DNA of 64,000 nt from an uncultured Gemmatimonadales bacterium (GTDB lineage Bacteria; Gemmatimonadota; Gemmatimonadetes; Gemmatimonadales; GWC2-71-9): NCBI GenBank assembly GCA_963695555.1, contig CAVOGR010000001.1, forward strand, positions 320,001 to 384,000. Direction: 5' to 3'. Below, one piece after another: positions 59,266-64,000 of the stretch; the first letter of the stretch is position 1; each line of letters starts with the position of its first letter. The position numbers and the translations under genes were made by a program. The notes under the pieces are model-generated. The model was not told the origin of the DNA. It saw only the letters and a program-made list of their open reading frames with translations, and ran no database searches.

Positions 59266-60048
59266 TCAGTCCACCCGCTGGATAGTGACCCGCGCCACCG
59301 GCTCCTGCCATCCATGCTGCGCGGGGTCGAGGTCCGCGCCGCCCTGAATGCCGGCATGCGGGGCAATTGCGTCGGTCGTCGGGGTGCGCGCACCGCCGCC
59401 GGCCGGTCCGGTCACCGGACCGATGCCGAAACACGGCGGCACGATGCTCCCGCTCGTTTCATCGTTCCGCTCGGTGCCTGCATCGTAGGCGATCGCATAG
59501 TAGGTCGCCGGCGTGAAGCCCCCGGGGAGCTTGACGCCGTCGAGCCCGGTGAAGCCGTCGTTGGTGCAGATGAGCATCACGGCGAAGGAAAACCGATTCG
59601 CGTTGGCGCGGGCCGCGATCTGAAGGGTGAGGCTATTCGGGCCCGGCCCACCGATGCGATGAATCGGCGCGCCGATGGACTGGACGTCGACGATGCCGGG
59701 CTGGCCCGTCACCGCGCCCACGGCCATCGACGGATCGCCGTTTTCGGCGATGAACCGGATTCCTTCCGAGGCTGCCGCGCCAACCGAGAACAGGCTCTGC
59801 TGCTTGGTGTGGGTCACGAACACCCCGGGCGACATGGGTTGCCCGGTGGTGAGGTTGGTGACCGTGATTTCGTAGGTGTGCGTGGCCGCATCGTTGGCGT
59901 TGGCCGCGCCGAGCTCGGGCTCGGACGCGGCGACGCTGCCTCGGGCGGCTGTGGGATCGGTCATGCCCGAATCTTCCATACAGGCAGCGGTAAAGAGCGC
60001 GCTTACCGCGATGAGGACGGCCGAGGTCGATCGCAACTGTACATCCAT
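59266..60048 (-). CDS. Spondin_N domain lipoprotein
   Basis: AGGAGG RBS and lipobox TAAC. YEITVTNLT..QPMSP, IAENGD, MLICTNDGFTG, YDAGTERNDE motifs. Confidence 0.88.
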   Translation of the reverse strand: MDVQLRSTSAVLIAVSALFTAACMEDSGMTDPTAARGSVAASEPELGAANANDAATHTYEITVTNLTTGQPMSPGVFVTHTKQQSLFSVGAAASEGIRFIAENGDPSMAVGAVTGQPGIVDVQSIGAPIHRIGGPGPNSLTLQIAARANANRFSFAVMLICTNDGFTGLDGVKLPGGFTPATYYAIAYDAGTERNDETSGSIVPPCFGIGPVTGPAGGGARTPTTDAIAPHAGIQGGADLDPAQHGWQEPVARVTIQRVD

Positions 60049-60132
60049 GACGAGCCTCCTTGTGACGTTGATGTTCGACGACACGACTAAGCTCGTGGTG
60101 GGACTATCTCATGTGAAGGGCAAAAAGGCCGA

Positions 60133-60160
60133 ATGAGAGGATTCTAACGGCCTTCTAATG
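60133..60160 (-). promoter_or_regulatory. Putative OmpR-family binding site upstream of the spondin gene
   Basis: Minus strand TTAGAA-GGCCG-TTAGAA-TCCTCTCAT, an 11-bp direct repeat. 14 of 15 bases match the box at 62293-62307. Confidence 0.55.
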
Positions 60161-61571
60161 CAGCAGCGGGGAGCCAGAGCGCAAACGTGCTCCCCCGTCC
60201 GGGTTCGCTCGTGACATCGATGTGGCCGTCTTGGAGTTTCGCCAACAACTGCGCGATGGTGAGGCCCAACCCGGCTCCGCCATGCGCCCGACTTCGCGAC
60301 GACTCGACCCGGTAGAATCGATCGAAGATGTGCTCACACTGCTCGGCGGTAATGCCCACTCCAGTGTCCGAGACGCGCACGCCGCCCATGGCTCCGTCAC
60401 GGACGAGCGCAAACGTGATGCGGCCTTCCTTGGTATAGCGAACGGCATTCGCCGCCAGGTTGAGCAGGATCTGGCGGACCCGGGCCGGGTCGCCGAGCAC
60501 CTGAACGGGCTCGTCGAGCTCTGCCCGGACGGAGATGTCGGAGCCAGCCGCCATGTCGGCCGTAATCTCCACCACTTCCCGCACCACCTCCGCCAAGGCG
60601 AACTGCCGTCGCTCGATTGCGAGCTGCCGGTTCTCTCCTCGCGCGATGAGCAGCAAGTCCTCGACCATGCGGTTCATGCGGTCCACTTCCCGGCTCGTCG
60701 CGGCGAGTGCCTCTGCGACGTCCTCCGCCGACCGACCCTCGGCGAGTGCCCACTGCACCTGCGCGCGCAGGTGCGTGAGCGGGGTCCGGAGTTCGTGGCT
60801 TGCGTCGGCGGTGAACGCCTCGAGTGCTTGGTGGGAACTGTCGACCCGATCGATCATCATGTTGATCGCGTCGGCCAAGCCAGTCACCTCGGCCAACCCT
60901 GTGGGGATCCCAACCCGTCGGCTGAGGTCGCGGGGCCCGATGTCCTGGGTCTCCGCGACCACCCGCCCAAGCGGGGTCAGGGCTCGCGCGACGGTACGGT
61001 TCGCCCCCCGGCGCGCGGCCAGCGCCGCGACCGGCAGGAGGACGAGCGCGCCCAAGGACAATGCCAGCAGGGCGAAGAGATACGGCCGCCTGCTCCCGGC
61101 CACGTAGATGTCGAACTCCCCGGCGCGGCGGTGGAGCACATGAAATCGCCAGCGCCCACGCTCCGCAATCGATTGAAGCAGGGTACGTCGCACGTCATCG
61201 GGTGTGCTGCCGATCTCGCCGCCCGTCTCGATCCGCTTCGCGGGCATCGTCGGTGAGAGGAAGTACACCGACGGACCGCCGGCAGCGTCACCGGTGGGAA
61301 CGGTGCGCGTGATCATAAACCGATCGCCCATGCCCAGCAGCTGATCGGCCAGCATGGCCGGCGCGACGGTTGAGGGCGCCGCCCCGGGTTCGACGTAAAG
61401 GCCCAGCAGCGACTCGATCCCATCGGCTGATTGCTCGAGGGAGCGCCGAAGGCCGATTTCGCTTACCAGCGCGAAGGCAAGAACAACCAGGACCGCGTAG
61501 GCAGCAAGCGTACTCCAGACCAATCGGTCGAACCGGCGGGTGAGGACGCTTGCGAGGTGTGGCTCCCTCAC
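60144..61571 (-). CDS. Sensor histidine kinase (2 TM, HAMP, HisKA, HATPase; CusS-like layout)
   Basis: FTADASHELRTPL, NLAANAVRY, DTGVGI, GAGLGL motifs. Confidence 0.93.
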   Translation of the reverse strand: MREPHLASVLTRRFDRLVWSTLAAYAVLVVLAFALVSEIGLRRSLEQSADGIESLLGLYVEPGAAPSTVAPAMLADQLLGMGDRFMITRTVPTGDAAGGPSVYFLSPTMPAKRIETGGEIGSTPDDVRRTLLQSIAERGRWRFHVLHRRAGEFDIYVAGSRRPYLFALLALSLGALVLLPVAALAARRGANRTVARALTPLGRVVAETQDIGPRDLSRRVGIPTGLAEVTGLADAINMMIDRVDSSHQALEAFTADASHELRTPLTHLRAQVQWALAEGRSAEDVAEALAATSREVDRMNRMVEDLLLIARGENRQLAIERRQFALAEVVREVVEITADMAAGSDISVRAELDEPVQVLGDPARVRQILLNLAANAVRYTKEGRITFALVRDGAMGGVRVSDTGVGITAEQCEHIFDRFYRVESSRSRAHGGAGLGLTIAQLLAKLQDGHIDVTSEPGRGSTFALWLPAAALEGR

Positions 61572-62242
61572 GTGGCCTCCAGTCGGTAGCCAACGCCTCT
61601 GACCGTTCGTATCGTGGCGCCGCTCGACTCGAACGCCACTTTCTTCCGGAGGTAGTTCACGTATACGTCGACCACATTGGTCTCGGGGTCGAACTGGTAA
61701 CTCCATACGGCTTCGGCGATACGGGAGCGGGAAAGCGTGCGCCCCGCGTTCCGCATCAGGAATTCCAATAGGGCAAACTCCCTGGGCGTCAGGTCGAGGA
61801 TGCGGTCACCGTTCATGGCTTGGTGCTTCAGCGGGTCGAGCGTAACCTGGCCCACCGTGAGCGTGGTGTCTTCGTGCCGCAGCTGCGCGCGCCGGATGAG
61901 TGCCACGATCCGCGCGAGGAGTTCGGGCAGATCGAACGGCTTGGTAACGTAGTCGTCGGCGCCGCCCTCGAGTCCGCGAACGCGGTCATCCAATTCATGC
62001 TTGGCCGTGAGGAGCAGAATAGGAGTCGTGACGCCATGGGTGCGGAGGTGGGTCGTGACCTCGAAGCCGTCCCGCCCGGGGAGCATCACGTCCAACACAA
62101 TGCACTCGTAGCTGGATGCGAGGGCCTGGTCCAGGGCCTCGTCCCCCGAGGCGGCCTCGTCGATGGTGTACCCCTCCTCATGGAGGGCCTTTGTGAGGAA
62201 GCGCCGCAACTCGCGGTCGTCCTCGACCAGGAGAATCCGCAT
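61568..62242 (-). CDS. OmpR-family response regulator (CusR/CzcR-like)
   Basis: MRILLVEDD, LDVMLP, KPF, TNVVDVYVNYLRKK, TVRGVGY motifs. Confidence 0.95.
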   Translation of the reverse strand: MRILLVEDDRELRRFLTKALHEEGYTIDEAASGDEALDQALASSYECIVLDVMLPGRDGFEVTTHLRTHGVTTPILLLTAKHELDDRVRGLEGGADDYVTKPFDLPELLARIVALIRRAQLRHEDTTLTVGQVTLDPLKHQAMNGDRILDLTPREFALLEFLMRNAGRTLSRSRIAEAVWSYQFDPETNVVDVYVNYLRKKVAFESSGATIRTVRGVGYRLEAT

Positions 62243-62292
62243 GGCCGGAAGGTAGGTCGCGTTGCCGGGGACGGGCAACGCGGCAGTGGATT

Positions 62293-62307
62293 ATGAGTGG
62301 ATTCTAA
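62293..62307 (-). promoter_or_regulatory. Putative autoregulatory box upstream of the response regulator
   Basis: Plus strand ATGAGTGGATTCTAA vs ATGAGAGGATTCTAA at 60133. A partial copy ATGAGAGGATTGCA lies at 62340. Confidence 0.55.
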
Positions 62308-62431
62308 TGAGCAATTGAACCTTGCGGTGGTGGCCAGGCATGAGAGGATTGCACCAGCAGAATGTGGCAAGGATGAGGACGCCCCACCGGAAAGCCGGCG
62401 GGGCGGAGCCCTCAGAAGGAGGTAGATCGCG

Positions 62432-63298
62432 TCAGCTGACCGTGATTTGCTTGGCCATCCCGTGCGCGAAGTGCGGCTTCCCGTCCGCGTTGTCCGGCGC
62501 GTAGCAGATGAGCACATACTCGCCGGGGGTCACGTTGACGGTGACGAGGTTTTCGAGCCCAGGGGCGAGCGGCGCAACACCGCTGAAGGTGGCTCCCGGC
62601 GCCGGTCCCTCTAGCGTCTCGCTCCAGGCGAGGAAGTCGGCGAGTGTCTTGCCGGGCTCGAGCTTAGCCATGTAGACCTCGTGGATCTGCGGGCCGTCGT
62701 TACGGACCAGGATGCGGTGCGGGCCCGCCGTGAGCGGCTGGGAGAAGGTGAAGTCGTAGTCCGTGAGGGACATCACGATGTCGGCCTCCGGCAGCTCCAT
62801 CGGGGCGCCCGGATCGGGCACCACCGTGAACGCCTTGACCATGCCCTTGGCGAAGTGGGGCATGCCATCGGATGACGGGATGAGGCAGACGATGGCGTAC
62901 GTGCCGGGAGTGAATACCGTCATGACGGTCGCCTCGCCGCCCGGCGCGGGTGCGCTCGACCCACCCACCAAGACGGCCCAGCTTGGCATCGGTCCGTGCG
63001 CCGCCATTGCCGCGCTCAGGTCTGCGATGGTCTTCCCTTCATCCAAGCGCACCAGGGTCGCATGGTGATACTCGGTACCCTGATTGGAGAGGGTGAGCGA
63101 GGTGAGACCCGCGGGGACGGTGTCCGGCGCCTCGAACGCGAAATTCCGTCCCACGACGGTCATCTGGTGCGGTGCCGCGGCGGCACCGGTCGTTACCGCA
63201 TCGCGGGCGGCCGGCGCCTCGGCGCGGCAGCCCGCCAGTAGGACGATGCCGATGAGACAGGTGGGCAAAGCCCACCCGTGGTGTGAGGAATGGAGCAT
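62432..63298 (-). CDS. Lipoprotein with two cupredoxin-like domains
   Basis: Lipobox LAGC; two repeats, each with an upstream His and C-x9/10-H-x4-M (CLIPSSDGMPHFAKGM; CYAPDNADGKPHFAHGM). Confidence 0.82.
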   Translation of the reverse strand: MLHSSHHGWALPTCLIGIVLLAGCRAEAPAARDAVTTGAAAAPHQMTVVGRNFAFEAPDTVPAGLTSLTLSNQGTEYHHATLVRLDEGKTIADLSAAMAAHGPMPSWAVLVGGSSAPAPGGEATVMTVFTPGTYAIVCLIPSSDGMPHFAKGMVKAFTVVPDPGAPMELPEADIVMSLTDYDFTFSQPLTAGPHRILVRNDGPQIHEVYMAKLEPGKTLADFLAWSETLEGPAPGATFSGVAPLAPGLENLVTVNVTPGEYVLICYAPDNADGKPHFAHGMAKQITVS

Positions 63299-63342
63299 GG
63301 CTACCTCTCGTGAGGGGGAACGAGGTTCTGCCTGCCAACCAA

Positions 63343-63768
63343 TCAGAGGGGCCAGTCCCGGAGAATGCGCTCGGTCTCCTCGGAGTGGCCGCTCTCGTCA
63401 CGAATCATGTCTTCTAACTGCACGGCCAAACCCTTGTCGCCGAAAGCCTCCGCCTGTTTGGCCCGCTCGGTGTAGCCCGCCATGGCTTTCCGCTCGGCGA
63501 CGAGGATCGCCTTCAACATGCTGCGATTGGTCTTTGCCTTGGGCACCAAACTCGGCTCGGTCGTTGGCTCACCCCCAAGGGCCACGATCTTGTTGGCCAG
63601 AAACTGGGCGTGCGCCTGCTCGTCGGCTACTTCGGCAAGAAAAAACTGGACTAGCTGGGGACGATAGGGGCCGGTGGCCTTGGCCGCATAGGTGATGTAT
63701 TGAATGATCGCGCTCAGTTCGCTGGCGAGATCCTCATTCAGGGCTTGGATCAATTCCTTCTTTGTCAT
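63343..63768 (-). CDS. Ferritin-like di-iron protein (bacterioferritin-like)
   Basis: E(LSAIIQY)...EQAH...E(RKAMAGY)...ESGH four-helix ligand pattern. Confidence 0.88.
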   Translation of the reverse strand: MTKKELIQALNEDLASELSAIIQYITYAAKATGPYRPQLVQFFLAEVADEQAHAQFLANKIVALGGEPTTEPSLVPKAKTNRSMLKAILVAERKAMAGYTERAKQAEAFGDKGLAVQLEDMIRDESGHSEETERILRDWPL

Positions 63769-63892
63769 CGGAACAAGGGTCCTTTCGGCAATGGCAGAGG
63801 TTCGTCTTGCCGACCACGCGTCGGGGCCGGTTCGAGTGGGCTGAGTATATCCGTTGCGGGCCTGCCAACACAAGGTGATGTCCCGCGCCCTG

Positions 63893-63924
63893 AAAAAGCC
63901 CCGCCGGGAAACCCGACGGGGCTT
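63893..63924 (-). terminator. Intrinsic terminator for a gene entering from the right edge
   Basis: Minus strand AAGCCCCGTCGGG-TTT-CCCGGCGGGGCTT followed by a T run. Confidence 0.75.
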
Positions 63925-63934
63925 GACTATGTGG

Positions 63935-63974
63935 CAACCTACCGACTTTCCAACTTACCCACTGACCGACTTCT
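63935..63974. repeat. Five degenerate tandem octamers
   Basis: CAACCTAC CGACTTTC CAACTTAC CCACTGAC CGACTTCT. Confidence 0.5.
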
Positions 63975-63978
63975 TGCC

Positions 63979-64000
63979 TCACGGCTTCGCGATCAGGATG
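63979..64000 (-). CDS. Probable 3' end of a gene outside the window (...ILIAKP*)
   Basis: The stop codon is followed by the octamers and a minus-strand terminator. Too short to identify. Confidence 0.3.

Noticed and set aside
1..64000. CRISPR array, tRNA/rRNA, IS element, integrase or prophage
   Set aside because: I saw no repeat-spacer periodicity, cloverleaf, transposase or phage protein by eye. tRNAscan and Infernal runs would be needed to exclude small RNAs.

Overview
This is a 64-kb, GC-rich, densely coding bacterial chromosome segment. Gene content and protein style suggest Gemmatimonadota, which is an inference. I found no rRNA, tRNA, CRISPR array, transposase or prophage gene. Contents from left to right: (1) a polysaccharide-export/regulatory locus with a partial Wza-like gene, a pseudo-receiver/degenerate-GGDEF protein, a Wzc tyrosine kinase, and a divergent sigma54 activator plus histidine kinase; (2) a frameshifted acyl-CoA ligase, an NYN-LOTUS protein and mpg; (3) fdh-alpha, SDR, tdh and kbl; (4) two small convergent ORFs too short for the ORF track, a 36-aa Lys/Arg-rich peptide and a 56-aa ORF with a sigma54-type promoter; (5) CDF transporter, hydrolase, thiE, mltG, ruvX and rho; (6) an RDD-SpoIIM / DUF4129 / DUF4350 / MoxR / DUF58 cluster, then ltaE and msrB; (7) a HerA-like ATPase operon, an orphan PilX-like ORF and a ferredoxin reductase; (8) a two-component system upstream of a TonB-dependent receptor; (9) M28 peptidase, GT9, PAS-GGDEF, PLD and DUF2339; (10) an internally deleted amidase; (11) a ferritin-like / double-cupredoxin / OmpR-HK / spondin module with a shared upstream DNA box. 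The non-coding DNA carries several sigma54 -24/-12 motifs and six AT-rich TAA-N19-TTA-type elements. All family calls come from reading motifs by eye, not from database searches.
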